Source: Rhodosorus marinus CCMP1338
Lineage: Eukaryota; Plantae; Rhodophyta
Length of the DNA stretch: 64,000 nt
Assembly: GCA_029953675.1 (NCBI GenBank)
Contig: JAMWBK010000010.1
Span: 1,178,001-1,242,000, forward strand
Reading direction: 5' to 3'
Shown here: positions 39,394-52,586 of the stretch, one piece after another
Layout of the letters: every line of letters starts with the position of its first letter
Numbering within the stretch: position 1 is the stretch's first letter
Made by a program: the position numbers and the translations under genes
Notes under the pieces: model-generated
Databases searched by the model: none
Seen by the model: the letters and a program-made list of their open reading frames with translations, nothing else
What the model was told of the DNA's origin: nothing

Positions 39394-40149
39394 CGAAGCG
39401 GATCGCTGTTGTCATCGAAATTTATATCGCCTCTCGTCGAAAGCGATGGGACTATCCCAATCTTACGAAGAACATCTACGGTGTGATTTCTACATCTCTA
39501 ACGAGAATCAGAACACGTCATGGCTCAGCATCGAAGCTGCGTAGCATCGAGCCTGGGATAGTCCCAGCTTTAGTCCAAAATGTGCAAACATCGAGGGCTG
39601 GAGAAGACGGATCTACCGAAAGCTGGCAGCAGCTGATGTGAATCAGGAAATCGATCCAGAGGGTTCTAATTCTCACATCACATCAGATCAACGTCTTCGG
39701 AGCCAAGCTACCGGGGAGTGCGACACTAAAATAAGTAACCCGGTCCAACTAAACCACAAACTGCGGGTCTCCAACCAAATCAGCATTGCTCGATCCGAGC
39801 AAACAACTGAGTTGGGATACCAAATTCGGGGGACCACGAGGAGCGCGGAGGGATCCCACTCAGTCAACCATTCCGCAATCTCATTCACAAAAGTGGATCC
39901 GTACAAACAATAGCTCACTACCAATAGCTCACTACCAATCTTAAGCCCCGCCACTGACTGCGGAGACCGACGACCAGATGACGTTCCAAGTTACTTCGCG
40001 GGAGAGACTTTAGTCTTGGGACGACATGTCTGTTAAAGGCCAGCCAAGATCATCCTTGATGCCTTTGTATGCTGCCCACGCCGCAGTTGCGCCGTTCGCC
40101 GTGTCCGGGTTGTGCACCAACTACCTTTAGTACTCAGGTAAAAATCTGA

Positions 40150-42530
40150 TTTGGCAGAAAGTGGGTACGGGGCATCCCCCCCTTGCCCCCTGCGCAAGCC
40201 ATATGGCGATTTCAACTGCCTCGTGAAGATTCGATGCCCCCAGTGTGCCCCCACATGCCGCCAAATCCTTTTTGCTGTCGTTCGCTCGTTTCTTCGCCGC
40301 AGGCGGTCATATTGTCAGATGGAAACTATCTGGGAAGGCATATGAAGACTTCACGAGAGAGTATTGTCAAAGATAAGGCATTTGCGTTGAAAAGGAAAGA
40401 TCCGGTGGCAATCCCTCGTCCGGAAGCGGACAATGAAGTTTTCGGGTGATTTGATCTGCCTCCAGAGTTGGATGGGAATGGTTGGTGAATGGAGTTTGTT
40501 GGCGGTCTTAGCGAAGAGAGTCAGCTTTCTGTGGCTTTTCACCACCTTTTCTCGCGTGTCAGGGTCGCTCGAGAGGGCTTTTGGGTGGTATTGTGGTTTG
40601 CGAAGCGGTTCGATTCGGCAACTGCCGTGGAGAGCAGGTGGCTCGAGGTTCAAACGTGTTTAACTGGGAGGCCCTTCGTGTCTTTGCGGTCTTCCTGGGC
40701 CCCAGCGTCGGATGGCTACACCGAATTCCCGTCTCCCGTCCGTGGAGCTTCGGCTGGGTGGCTTCGGGACCTTACTGTCGCTCCGGAGGCAGACCCGGCA
40801 GCATCGCGCCGAGTACACCTTCTCCTTCCAGAATTGGGGTCCGCGTTTCTGCAACCTATGCTTCCCTCTCCTTTTTGCGTGCTCCTCCACCAAAGCGTCC
40901 TCTCTTGCCTCCTTCGGGGTGCTGGGCCTACTAGTACTACTACTACTGCCTTGGATTCACATCCTTTAGAAGCTTCCTCAGAGGTGAGGTAGCAGGAAGG
41001 CTGAGTCATTTCGGGCCACTTGCGACCTGGTTTTTTATCTCGTGAGTGTAGCTTCGAGGATCGGCATTCTCGCCTTTTCTCCTGGTTTGAGGGTTTTCTC
41101 GCCCGTTTTCCCTCTCGGGACGTTCCTCTGTGCGTCACTGTCCTCCAGTCTCGCTTCCTCATCGCCTCCGGAGGCGGGTTCCTTCGTGTTAGGTTTTATT
41201 CTCATGTAGGTGGCGGATCATCCTGGTCAGAGCCGTGTTGGAAACTTCTATTTGTTTTTCCCCGCTTCGGCTTACGCCCTCCAAGGGTTGCGATCCGTGT
41301 CCCATCAAGCGCAAAGTTCAGCTGTTTCTCCAGGAACTTTGAACGTTTGGAGCCCTTGTACCTTTCGAGTCTTTCTGCTTCTTCTTTGCCTTCCACTTCA
41401 TCTTCGTCTCGCTCTCGTGGCAGGCAAGGGCAAAGGCAGCTGTGGCACAGGGGGTTATGCGACGCGGGGCGGCTATTCTTCAGTCGCCGTACTGCAGTTG
41501 AGCCCTTCCGGACCGATCTTGCTGCAGCGGTCGCTGGGCTGTTCCCGTTGGGAGACGTGGGATGTGGCCGGGTAGGATAAGCGGGTGTTGGTTCGGCCTG
41601 ACGAGGTACCGGCTCTTATTGAGTCTGGCCCGGAGGGCCGCGCTCCTGGTCCTTCCGCGCTTCTTCGCGTCGAACTTTTCCAATAGCTGGGAGAGGAGGG
41701 TCTCGATTCCCTCTCACCCGGATCGCCGAGGCCTTTGTCAATGGGGGTGCGCTGTTACGGTGGCTTGGAATTTGATTGTGCAATCCCAGCTTGTCCTTTT
41801 GTCCAACCTGTCCATTCCGTGGCGGCGTCCTCACTACGCCGCATCGGCATGCGGGAGGCACTTTCGCAAGTTAGTCAGTCGCTTCTTATCGCGCTGTCTC
41901 TCCAGAGCGGCAAGGGATGGGTTGTTGACCTGACGCAGGTAGGGGTTGGGTATTCGGGTGGTTGCGAACTTGTGACGCGCATCATTGGCTTGGAAAATCT
42001 ATTTATTGCGCTGATTGGTGCCGCTGCTCTCCATGGCCTTCGCCAACGCCTTTAACAGCATTTCGCACACCCATGCCCTCGAGGTGGTACGCCAGCTGTT
42101 TCCAATGGGGTATCCCTTCCTACAACGTGTCTATGGTGAGGTGCCAAATGAGCCTCGCCTCATTCTCCTGGATGATTTTTCTTCTCCAGGCTTCGTCTGG
42201 GGTACTAGGGTTCAACAGGGCGACCCCTTGGGGCTATTCCTGCACACATGTGCCCTAAAAATTGTGCTGCTGAGGGCGAGGGCCTAGTTCGCCAGCGTTC
42301 GAGTTATCGAATTCCACGACGACGTGCCGCTCCTCGGTCACCCGGACGACTTGGAACCCGCCTACCAGTTTCTCAAGAAAGTAGCGTCTTCGATAGGTCT
42401 GACTGTTAAGCACGGCAAGTGCCAATGGTACCAGTCGATGAGGCTATCGTCAAGACTTCCCATTGCTTTCAGAGCTAGTGGGTCCGTTCAAGTCAGAAAC
42501 ATCAGCGTACACCACACGACGCTCTAGATC
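40150..42530 (+). mobile_element. CRE-clade non-LTR retrotransposon, copy 1: frameshifted 5' half (degenerate C2H2 fingers + RT)
   Basis: RAPGPSALLRVE, FRKLVSRFL, QVGVGYSGGCE, FANAFNSIS, RVQQGDPLG, FHDDVPLLG and GLTVKHGKC appear in shifting frames. Finger-like remnants lie near 40230 and 40590. Confidence 0.85.
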
Positions 42531-42869
42531 TTTCTTCGTTTATTTCATATAATTTCCTCCAACTTTCCGCTTTCTTTGCTGGACGTTTTAAGACGACCCT
42601 ATTTTTCCGATTAAACCATTCATTCATTTTTCCGAAATAGATTCATTCATTTTTTCCCCTCGGGCTTTTTTTTTTTGGTATCCGTAAAATATTCGGTATC
42701 AGAGACAAGCAACAAGTGTTGCTGCTAACAAGACCAGGTGCGTGAGTGTTGTTGATCCACTTCCTTATCCTTTTATTCCGAACCAACCACACTTGATTGA
42801 TTCTGGGATCACTATATATACAATTCTAGCTCTGAGATGCTGGGACTTGGGGAAAATGTTCATGCAGAT

Positions 42870-42917
42870 GCAAGCGTACGAAAACGCTAATTAGGATTAG
42901 CGTTTTCGTACGCTTGC
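42870..42917. repeat. Perfect 22-bp-stem / 4-nt-loop hairpin
   Basis: GCAAGCGTACGAAAACGCTAAT-TAGG-ATTAGCGTTTTCGTACGCTTGC. Confidence 0.95.
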
Positions 42918-43012
42918 TACCCAGCTTGATCCTAAACATTCAGGTAGCTGACAAACTACGAATCACTTCTGGCGACTAGAGTGGCTCTGTGTTACCAACC
43001 CTGCTCTTCACT

Positions 43013-44256
43013 GGACTTTACTAGCATAGCCTGAAGCGCTACGCAAGGCGTGAAGATGAACTAATAACTAGGGAGGGAAGCATGCAACCCCAGGCGCCGA
43101 TGGCGCCCCTCGGAAAGCATGTCGCTGGAATATCGCCAAAGGGAGACACTTAAACGCCTCAAGAGCGCCAAATATTCAGTAGGATGCTCAGCAAAACATT
43201 TCCGCAACCACTCTAAACCCGACTTAACCACGTGACCAAAGCTTTCCACAATGAATGGCTGGAACCGGTGAGAGCGACCCTCAGCGCAAGGCAGACTGGC
43301 CATGCTCTCAGCATACCGTCGTTCCTTAACTCTTCGAAGGGCTGAAGCCGCGGCCCCCCGGCGGCGGGCGGCTGCGGTGAGGTGGGCGCTGGCCACGGGG
43401 CAGGTAATCGCAAGGTCCACATATGTTGAGCGTCTGGCAGCAGCGTCGGAGACGAGGAGATCGGCTATACAACGGGGCGGTGCAGAGTCCGAGATGGATC
43501 TGGGCAGTTCCGACTCAACCTCAACCGTATGCCCTATCCGAGTCAAAAATTCGCTGAGGATGTACTTGAGGCGAGTGTGACGCCTCGTACGGAGACCTCG
43601 CAACAGTCCGCAGGAACCCAGGAAGTGGTAGCCACAAGCGTCAATCCGGCTCTCACATCCCTGACAGAAAGACGGCCGATTAGAGTGCCACGGAGCCTGT
43701 GGCAAACCGAGATAGATCCGTGCGGCAGAACGGAACTGGAAAGCATCGAGACGATGACTCAATGACGACGGTAGAGTGGTTAACCACAAGTGCGAGAGGT
43801 GGCCTCCCATGCCGCGGAGACGAGCGGCAGTGGTAGGCGGCGTGAGAGGAGAATTGAGCATGACTGTGTGAGCGGCACTGTGTTGGCCCCAGGTGAGGCT
43901 ATGTTGAATCACATCAGCGCGGGAGCTCCACAATCGGCTCAAACCCGGGTAGTCTGCAACAGGGGACCCGGGGCTAGCCTCTCCGTCATCGGCAAGAACT
44001 CGGTCGAGGGGACAATCCTCAATCGCTTCAGCTCGTCCCCATAACAGCTCCCTCCAGGAACGAAAGCGGGACCGATTTGCGTCCGGCACGGCGTTGCACC
44101 TCCTGAACGCGTGTTGAAGACCATCATAAATTGTCAAAAGCGGGGGCGGCAGGGTCACTGGATCCTCGTTGGTCAAAGCTCGAGCCAAGAGGCAGGCACT
44201 TCGCATCTGGAAGGTCACCAACGTTCGCAGCGCGGTAGCCCAGGAGGCAACCGCCG
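43013..44256 (-). mobile_element. CRE-clade copy 2: 5'-truncated, intact zinc knuckle + restriction-like endonuclease ORF and 3' UTR, with a 12-bp TSD
   Basis: CQGC-x9-HFLGSC, RHTRLK, ADLLV, YVDLAI, KERRY, FIVESFG. CTGCTCTTCACT occurs at both 43001-43012 and 44257-44268. Confidence 0.93.
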
Positions 44257-44829
44257 CTGCTCTTCACTAAGTCCCACTGTCATAGAAACCCCATCTAGGT
44301 CCAGTCAATATAAAGATCTTGATTGGTTCCAAGCCTTTTCGATTGACTTACGGGAGTCCCGGATCTGGACTTTGTACCCGCCCTTCTGAACTGCCAGAAA
44401 TACTTTTGACCTCCGTTGTATTTCTCCAAACTTCGGTACCTTATTTTACTGTTTCGCTGTCCCGGAAGCCCACCACTTGGGCCCAAGTAATCAACGTCTG
44501 CCAATGCATGCCGGCCTATTGTGAGGCTCTCAGTGACTCTACCTCAGGTCTGCAGTATACTATCTATACACCGGATATACTATTCTAGCTACGCCATCCT
44601 GCCGGTGCTTCCAACTATGCCAAAGGCGCAATATCATCGCCGTCCAAGATGAGCATAGAAAGTAATTGGATGGAGCTTCAGGGGAGCATTCGATAGGTGT
44701 AGATCAGTCGGAATCTGCTAGCACCTCCCCCTTCGAATGATCACCCTGATTAAACCATTCATTCACATCGATGTCCAGGCATTTATTACAAATTGTTCCG
44801 TAAAACAATACGGATAGACGTTGTTTAGC

Positions 44830-45750
44830 TAACAGCTCGGCTACAGAGGCCTAGACCGCCTAGACGTAGCGGTAGGCCCACTTGGGCGCGAACTATATCA
44901 CGGGTGGGGCGCGGAAGATGACCCAACTCCTCATCTAGGAAATATCCCAGCTCACCAAAGCTCTCGTCGCCCGTACGGGTTGCCAGCCACCGGCCCCAGT
45001 GAGTCGGGAGCGAGCGGAACCAATAGGTGAGCCGCTGACTTCAACAATATCGATAAAGCATCAACGAGCATTGCAAGAAGCCGCGAGGAAGCCGAAGGAG
45101 CTCCGAGACCAGCTGCCGGTGCTTACTCAGAATCTGCGACAACTCACCCTCCACGGACGACGCGGGTCCATACGGGATGCCCAGGTGGACAAAACTTGCC
45201 CAACGCCAAATATCCCGGAAACGAGCGGGGACCTGCTGCTCTTGAATGTCCGTTCCTCCCCCGTAGAACGACTTCGCATGATTGATTTCGAGATCGACGA
45301 GGGATGCCAGTGTGCGGAGACGATCGTACGCCGCCGCGAGGGTATCTGGAGGGCCTAATGAGGCAGACATCATCGTGGTAACCCACTGCGGACCTCCGGG
45401 AACTCGGAATACAGGCTAAGCAAACGACCTTAGGCCCACAGGCGTGCAATAAAGGCGCCAACGGGTCACCTGTTGAACCCCGGTCCGCGCCTCGAAGGAG
45501 TGTGAGGAAGGGCTGAGGGGGTCATAAGTTGGCCCGTGACCCATCAAAGAGAAAAGACTACTAACAAAGGGAAAAGCTACCGATAAGACCTGGCGCACCA
45601 CATGCATAATGGCCGGTCGAGAGACCCGATTAAAAGCATTACTGAAATCTACAGATAATAAGCCGTAATCCGGCGAGTAGGCCAGATCCGAGCCAAGAGG
45701 TACGGATAGCAATTCACAGCCGCCACGATAGCCTACGCCCAACCGCGTGT
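44830..45750 (-). mobile_element. CRE-clade copy 3: RT core and thumb fragment
   Basis: GVGYRGGCE, DFSNAFNRVSR, TGVQQ, LEINHAKS, HLGIPYG, then QRLTYWFRSLP and AQVGLPLRLGGLGL. Confidence 0.88.
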
Positions 45751-45840
45751 GTCAAAAAAAGCGACGGGATTCGGGGACCAAAATCTGGACCAACCACCGT
45801 TCACGTGGTGTTTGCGTTGCTATCAAATTTTTTTCTCCAT

Positions 45841-46060
45841 ATGTTGAATGAATTTGTTTAATCGGAGACTGACGGAAAAAACGTGGAGGGGAAAAAAAGA
45901 CTAATCGCGGGGAGGTCGCGCGGCCTCCAGCATCAAAGCAGTGTGCACACGTAACAGCAAGGAACTAAAACGGGTAAACAACGGGGAGAGACGGTTAGGG
46001 CGCTCGCGGAACAACACTCCCGAAGCCAACGAGAACCAACGGAATCAACGAACCCAAAGC
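45841..46060 (-). repeat. Dispersed ~220-bp repeat ending GATTAAACAAATTCATTCA (family member A)
   Basis: Aligns by eye with 56260-56470 (+), 60523-60715 (-) and the 3' half at 52025-52140 (+). Confidence 0.8.
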
Positions 46061-46187
46061 ACTCATATGTTAAACGAATTGGCCGAATGGGAGACTGAAA
46101 GCACCCCTATGTCAGCGCCGAAATTACTTCGCTATTCAAGAAAGATATTGATTATTTGATTATGATGTTTAAAAATCCAGCTAAAGT

Positions 46188-46303
46188 GGTGGGGGTGGTT
46201 TTATGCTACGCAAGACGTAAAAGGAAACTAGGGACTACTAGGGAGAAGAGCATGTTAAACCCTGGCGGCGGTGGCGCCGCCTCGGCGAGCATGTTGCTAA
46301 AGT
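46188..46303 (-). mobile_element. Short CRE 3'-end insertion (~110 bp) present in ABCG duplicate A only
   Basis: Homologous to the end of the RLE ORF and the 3' UTR. Flanked by GCTAAAGT at 46180-46187 and 46296-46303, and absent at the paralogous site near 60800. Confidence 0.8.
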
Positions 46304-46663
46304 AATCTCTAAGTGAAGAGTGATAACGGGATTCCGGTAACTCAATGGATAGCGGAAGCGGACAACAGAAGAGTGCACAATAAACAACAGTGTTGTATTT
46401 AGTAACTCTGTTCAGCTCGGCGCAAGCCGAGCGCAAACCCTCACAAACGGAAGCAAATACCTGCTCATGCCCATAGTTTTTTTGTAGTACTGCTGTTGTG
46501 TGGCTTGGCATACGGCCTCCCACGGCGTAATCAGACTTCAATCTTGAGCAAAAATTGCAACTGGCAAATAGTTTTAAATTAGATAACTTAGGAGTTAAGC
46601 TCGTGTAGCGCAGGTCCAGCGCAGCAAGCAAGCTGGCCAGATCAATCAATCCGCAGACTTTTC

Positions 46664-49600
46664 CTAACGCTTCGTATACCGGAGGTGCTTGAACCCGAGG
46701 TAACCGACTATCCATGAGAATAACGTGAATCCAGCCAGAGCTCCTACGGAAACCCACTTGCCATAACCTGGCACTCCGTATATTTTCAGCAGTTCGTCTC
46801 CGCTTGTAATTGGGCAGAACTGACATTCACTGTAGGTGGCGTTAATTGTCAACGTCTGGTATTCACCTAGGTACGAAAAATAAGTCACATTCAGTACGCA
46901 GTTTTAACAGAGCACTAGCTTGACCTTGAAAGGGGTTCAGCGAAATCTTCGTACTGTGAGAGGGAATCGATTCACAATCTGGGAACGCATACGTATCGTT
47001 ATCGTTTCCAGGAAAAGGGAAAGCATGGAGCTCGTTGGCTGTACACTCGAACTCCACTCCAGTGACGACGGCTTTCATAACGCCAGCCAGGTAGTAGCCG
47101 ATCGGATTAATCCAGTAGATCCAGATATAGTACACAGGTATTGAGTCCGCCGGGGCCATGAAACCAGCGAAGAGTTTGAATATGCTTTTCATAAAGGGGA
47201 CCAAGGTCAGCCCAATATATTCAGTAGGGCTAATTGCACCAAGCATAGATCCAAGGGCTACGGCCCACAGAGCGAAGGAGAATTGAATGACGAAGAAGTA
47301 TCCGAATGCAGATGCTAAGAGCCAAACGAGAACAATACAAAAAATGCGTCAGATCGTTGTCGAATGGCACTGCTCGGGCGGCGTCGCAACGCGTTTGTAT
47401 GGAGTGCTTCTCACTTACCCTGAAACCCGACCATGAAGAAGAACATAATACTGAAGACGAAGTTGGTTACCAGCGTGAACGGTGCGTCAGCAACCAGCAG
47501 AGGGATGTAGTACGCTAATGCTGAGTAAGCGCCCGCGCCACATTCTCGATAGAAAGCAAGCCTGTCATGGAGAACGTTGCCAACAGCGCTGTTTATGCTG
47601 ATCAGGGCAACATTACCAGACAGGTAAGCCGCTGCAGCGAGGGCGGTCTGTCCAGTTTGAGTTTTCCCTAACTGAAAGAATGAAAGGCCGAGAATCACAG
47701 CTTGGGTGACCGCAGTGATGAAGCGCGTGAAGTGAAGCTCCGGGTTCCTCCAGTTCACAGTGCAGAACCGCTTCAGGTTCGCAACGAACTGCACTCGAAA
47801 GCTTGTTGGGAAAATATTGTCAACCTTGATGTGGGACGCCTTGTCTGGCACTATCGTAGGCTTGCCACATTTCGTACGCTCTAGGCTCCCCATGAGTTCC
47901 TTGTTCTCAGGGCTTAGTAGCCAAATCTCGTGCCAGTCCTGCTGGCCCCCCTACAACCAAATCAGCGAATCCCATAAGACTAGGTGAGCATTCCACATCT
48001 TCAGCAACATCTGAAGGGAGCTCTCTCCTTACCCGCGCTGTCGTCGCAGTACCAATTTGGTGGAGCATATAGTCCGCTGGGTTCAACTTGGGATCCATGG
48101 GATCTCCTCCGTTCTTCTCAAAGTACGTAATCATTTGTGATCCCTCTTCTCCCAGATCTCCAAAGTAGGCCACTCTGCCGCCGCTCTGCAGGAGCAGTAC
48201 ACTGTCAAAGAAGGAGAACACCTCTTTGGACGGCTGATGAATGGTGCACAAAACCGCGACGCCGGTATCGGAGACCCTCCTCAAAACTTTTGCCATCTGC
48301 GTCAAAACACGGTCAATCGTGCGTGCACTGCTAAGGCCAGCTTCCAATTTCGTAAACGGGATGACCAAGGACTGCGCTCACCTTCAACGCCGCCCTGGAA
48401 TCCAATCCCGAAGTTGGCTCGTCCAGGAACAGAATAGACGGTCGAACTACGAGCTCCACAGCGATCGTGAGACGCTTTCGCTGCTCAGAAGAAAGGCCAA
48501 TTGCACCCTCGGGAATATCGACAAGCTCATTTTGAATCTCACGCAGCTCCAGTAGGTCTATGGTATTCTCTATCTGGTCTTCTCTCTCCTTGTCCGAGGT
48601 CTCCTCCGGCAGCCTCAACCTCGCAGAGAACTCGATCGCCTCCCGAACTGTCGTCTTCGAAACGTGAATATCGACCTGCTCCACATACCTATGCACAAAA
48701 GAATGCACCAGCAACCATTTTGAAACACGGTAGTGCGTCAGCGATAGCACTGCTTCCAGTCGAAACAACGAAAGAAACAAGCTTCTGCCAACTCTCTTAC
48801 CCTGAAACTCTTCCGATCGGGTAATCCAGAGGATATCCGTTTACAAGGACTTCGCCAGTCATCGTACCCTTGGGCTTGCGCTGTGCAAGGACGTCCATGA
48901 GCGTCGTTTTGCCGGCTCCCGAAGATCCCATGAGCGCACACAGCCTTCCTGGCAGTACGTACCCACACACATCGTGCAGAAGTTCTTTCTTCTCATTCCC
49001 GCCAATCGGGACTGTGTATGACACGTCCTTCCATGTGAAGTGGGCCTCCCTAAAGCCGACCTTCATTTCGTCCTCTGGCAAACTGAGGTCGATCGCTTCG
49101 ACACCTAAGTTTGTGGGTTTCGCTTTTTGCGATAGGAGGGTCGTTCCGCGATACCGCGTTCGTCTTGCGATAAAAATTACTGCGAGAAACATCACCAACG
49201 ACAGGCCCCACAAAGCTAACAGTGAATATGCGCGCCAGGAGCTAGTTCAATAAAAGGCATTTGGCGATCGAAAGAGAGTCACGAAGCAAGGCGTCAGGAG
49301 TTGTTCATCCGTTTCCCGTCACTTTTTATGCAACGCTTACACTCCAATTGGGTAGCCAAATCGAACCCAAAGGTACGCCTCTCCCGTCGATATAGTGCAT
49401 ATCTTGTCCGCTTCAGGGACGTACTGGTTCCAAGGGAGCAGCTCTTGGGGAGCACATTCGAAGACAAGGCCGACGAACTCGTTATAGGCCAATCCACGGA
49501 ATGCGTACTGAACCGGTGAAATCCAGCCAATCCAGACGAGCCAGCGCGGGTCATCCCTGAGCGCAATGAAGTAGCCGCTGTAAATCTGGAATACAGCGTT

Positions 49601-51784
49601 GAGAAAACTGACTAAGACGACGGCTGTAGTTGAGTTTGGGCAAGTAACAGTGAATAGTCGCCCAAGCATGTCCATGTTGAACCGGAATGTAACAACCATG
49701 AAATAGAAATAGGCGAAGTGGGAGCCCCTAAAAACGAGCGAACAAGAGTTGCTTTCTCAGCTCAGGTCCAGCAATGCACATTCAGAGTCTGAGCGCCTCA
49801 CCTATCGTTCATGTTGAAGCCAACAAGCGCATAGAGAACACTCGAAAATAGCAGCGAGACAAGCAAGTTGAGAACCAGAGCGTCCACGATGCCCGCGATC
49901 TGGAAAGGAGCAGCGTTGTAAAAGTGGGCTGCCCTTTGTTTCAGGAAGATATTGTTTTCTGCGAAAGCTTTCTTGATTCCCTGCGTGGCAGCTACGGAGC
50001 ACAGCCGAGATCAAAGAGGATTAGCTTGAGCCTTACGCTGTACCTGAGATTGGAGATGAGATAAGACTTACTCGCAAGAAAGATACCGAGGACCACAAAA
50101 ACTACCCCGGTCCTTTCATACGCTCCACGCAGCGTAAGCGGAAGCATGTAAAACAGGGTCCCGGCGAGCAATGCCATGATCAACTTGCTCACAAATTCGA
50201 CAACAACCGCACTCTTATCCCAGGATACCCTCATTGAACGTTTCAGTAGGATTCCCAGCTGACTAGTTCTTGTCTGCAAGCACTCCCGGCCAAAGAACTT
50301 CTTCGAAATTTCATCTGCTTCAGAGTGCCTTCCCGAAGTACCGCGGAAGCCCTCTTCGATCTTCTTGCGGATGTCGGCATACAGCTCACTGTTTTTAAAA
50401 GCCTCCTCAAATTCGTCGACGGCAGTTAGCTCCTTGCCTTCGAAATCCTTCATCTTAACTGACTCAGAAGAACTTGGGTTGGACACGGCCAGCAAAAAGT
50501 CAGCTATCGATTTCGCGGGAGGTCTCTTAAACCCCATTTCTCCAAAGTACCCCTCAACCTTCTCTCGGGGACCGTAGTAGATGCATTTTCCGCTGTCAAG
50601 AACACAAATCTGTTTCCCATAGCACAATTTCCATCAGCAAATGCATGGCTCACAAAGGAGAGAGGAGCACGCCAGGCCGTGGTGTTCGGAACCAGAGCAG
50701 CTAACCTTGTCGAACTGTTCGAATACATCATTTCCAGGCTGCTGTAAGGCCATGAAAACTGTCAGCTGTAACGCGTCGGCCACCTGCCGGACGCCCTTTA
50801 CGATGTCGAGGGTTGTGGTCGCATCCAGCCCTTTTGAAATACTATCGAAGAACACGAGTGAGCCCATGCTTCCGCAAAGCATCTCTGCGATGGAAACACG
50901 CCTTCGCTCTCCTCCAGAAACTCCTCGCAATGATGCGTCGCCGACAGCAATATCGAGGGTATGGTTGATCCCTAATAAACGGGTGATCAGCTCAACACGA
51001 TTTCTCCGAATCACTTTCGCGAAGGGTAGAAAGTCCGGAATACCGCACTTCGCAGCGAACTCCAAAGTCTCCCGTACGGTCAGTACCGGGTAGTGTGCGT
51101 CGTCCTGGCGAACTCTTAGCATGGAGTGGGCGTAGAGCTGTCGGTTGCTTTCTTCCCAGATATCATCTCCGTTAATAAGCACCTCGCCGCGTACGGATTC
51201 GTACTGGTTCGTAACTCCGGAGAGGAGGTTCAACATTGTCGTCGTTCCCGCGCCTGGTGGGGCCTGAATGAGGACCATCTCGCTCGGTTCGAGGTAGCCC
51301 GACACTCCGGAGAGAATGCTTTTTGACATTTTTTCATCTTTCGTGCAGGCCACAATCTTCCCCGTCTTCAAGAACGGTGCTATCAGCCTCCCGCCAACTG
51401 TACTGTGCCCGAGTTTCTCAGCAAAAGGGACTACAGCCCCAATCTGAACAAAAGGAAAGGTTCCAGGAGGCTCGTCTCAGATAAGATCCTGAAAAAACCG
51501 CGGCGGATAGACCACAGTAACATGTGAAACAGATGGCTTACGTCATTCCAAGTTACGCCGTATCCACCCATTTCATGCCCAGTGAACATGGTGAGGATAT
51601 CGTAGAACAGCTGGTGAGATTTCTCAGAGTCAAACTGTGGGTTGCACGGCTCATACATCGGTTCCTCATACCACGCCCCGAAATGATGTTCTACTGCCTC
51701 CCTTCGTTCACGAAGCACCTCGAAGCTCTTGCCCACAACAAAGCGGGCAGTCCAGCCGCACCAACCACCAGTAAAGCAGTCCAT
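46664..51784 (-). CDS. Full-size PDR-type ABCG transporter, copy A (NBD1-TMD1-NBD2-TMD2), multi-exon
   Basis: NBD1: APPGAGTTT, VSGGERRRVSIAE, FFDSISKGLD. NBD2: GSSGAGKTTLMDVLA, LSSEQRKRLTIAVEL, LFLDEPTSGLD, CTIHQPS. PDR ECL motifs AFRGLAYNEF and WIYWINP. Confidence 0.93.
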
Positions 51785-52024
51785 GACAATAACCTCGCGA
51801 TGACCCCACCAGCCCGGGTTCCTCCTTCAGTCTCTCTGCTATCTCTCCCTTCTCAAGGAGAAGAAAAATATTCCTCTCTTCCTATCTCCCATGTCTTAAA
51901 TCCTCTAGCACTCCTCCACGGCCCTCCCACCCTTGCAACCTCTGAATCAGCATGCCGCTCTCCCTGCGCAGTGCTCACATATACACCGTCCGCATCTACC
52001 AACGGTATCCCCCAGCATGAACCC

Positions 52025-52160
52025 AAGCAATGTGTGAACACGCTCCTTTGATGTTCGAGGCGCGATGTCTCGCTAGCGGAGAGTCTTTTTTACCCCTGGG
52101 GATTTTTTCTTTCAGTCTCCGATTAAACAATTCATTCAACCCAAGCCGGCTTTAACGCTC
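52025..52160 (+). repeat. Truncated member of the ATTAAAC-(ATTC)n repeat family plus a second bare terminus
   Basis: ...CTTTGATGTTCGAGGCGCG...TTTCAGTCTCCGATTAAACAATTCATTCAAC, then CCATTAAACAAATTCATTCAT. Confidence 0.75.
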
Positions 52161-52379
52161 CATTAAACAAATTCATTCATAGTCTGGGGCCCATTCTTTT
52201 CCGAGAGCCCACCCACTCCCCCCCCCCCAAAAGACGCTGTCAGCGAAAGACATGTTCACTATTGAAGTAGCATCTAATATCTTCCACATCACCCTGCGAA
52301 ATTCAACAAAAAAGGAGCGGACGTTTTACGTGAGCCATTACTGTCAGGCTGTTGAGTATCTGGGACGCCTGTGTCCTTT

Positions 52380-52586
52380 AAGTATCGCCCTCTGGCGATA
52401 TTCTAGTAGCATCAGCAGGGGCGCTGAGACGCGGCACCGCCGCGCCTGGGTTTGCACGCTTTTCTCCCAGTTCCTAGTGTTCCATTTCACGCCGTGCGTG
52501 TAGCGCACCAGGCTATGCCAGTAAAACCAGTCTTCACGCCTTGCGTAGCGCTTCAGGCTATGCTAGTAAAGTCCAGTAAAACCAGT
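52380..52586 (+). mobile_element. Two nested CRE 3' ends: an older ~140-bp tail plus a ~44-bp tail inserted into it with a 12-bp TSD
   Basis: LSIALWRYSS...RHRR matches the end of the RLE ORF. AGTAAAACCAGT occurs at 52520-52531 and 52575-52586. The inner 44 bp is identical to the 3' end of copy 2. Confidence 0.85.

Noticed and set aside
42682-42697. CGGTATCAGAG as a tRNA-Met primer-binding site
   Set aside because: It lacks the initial TGG, and no adjacent LTR or gag is present.
44280-44640. Possible additional plus-strand CRE RT fragment
   Set aside because: Only weak, frame-shifting resemblance; cannot be supported by eye.
45841-46060. ATTC-tailed repeat as a spliced-leader RNA, snRNA, 5S or tRNA target of the CRE element
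   Set aside because: No Sm site, snRNA/5S similarity or A/B boxes were recognised, and the TSD-defined insertion sites are not inside this repeat.
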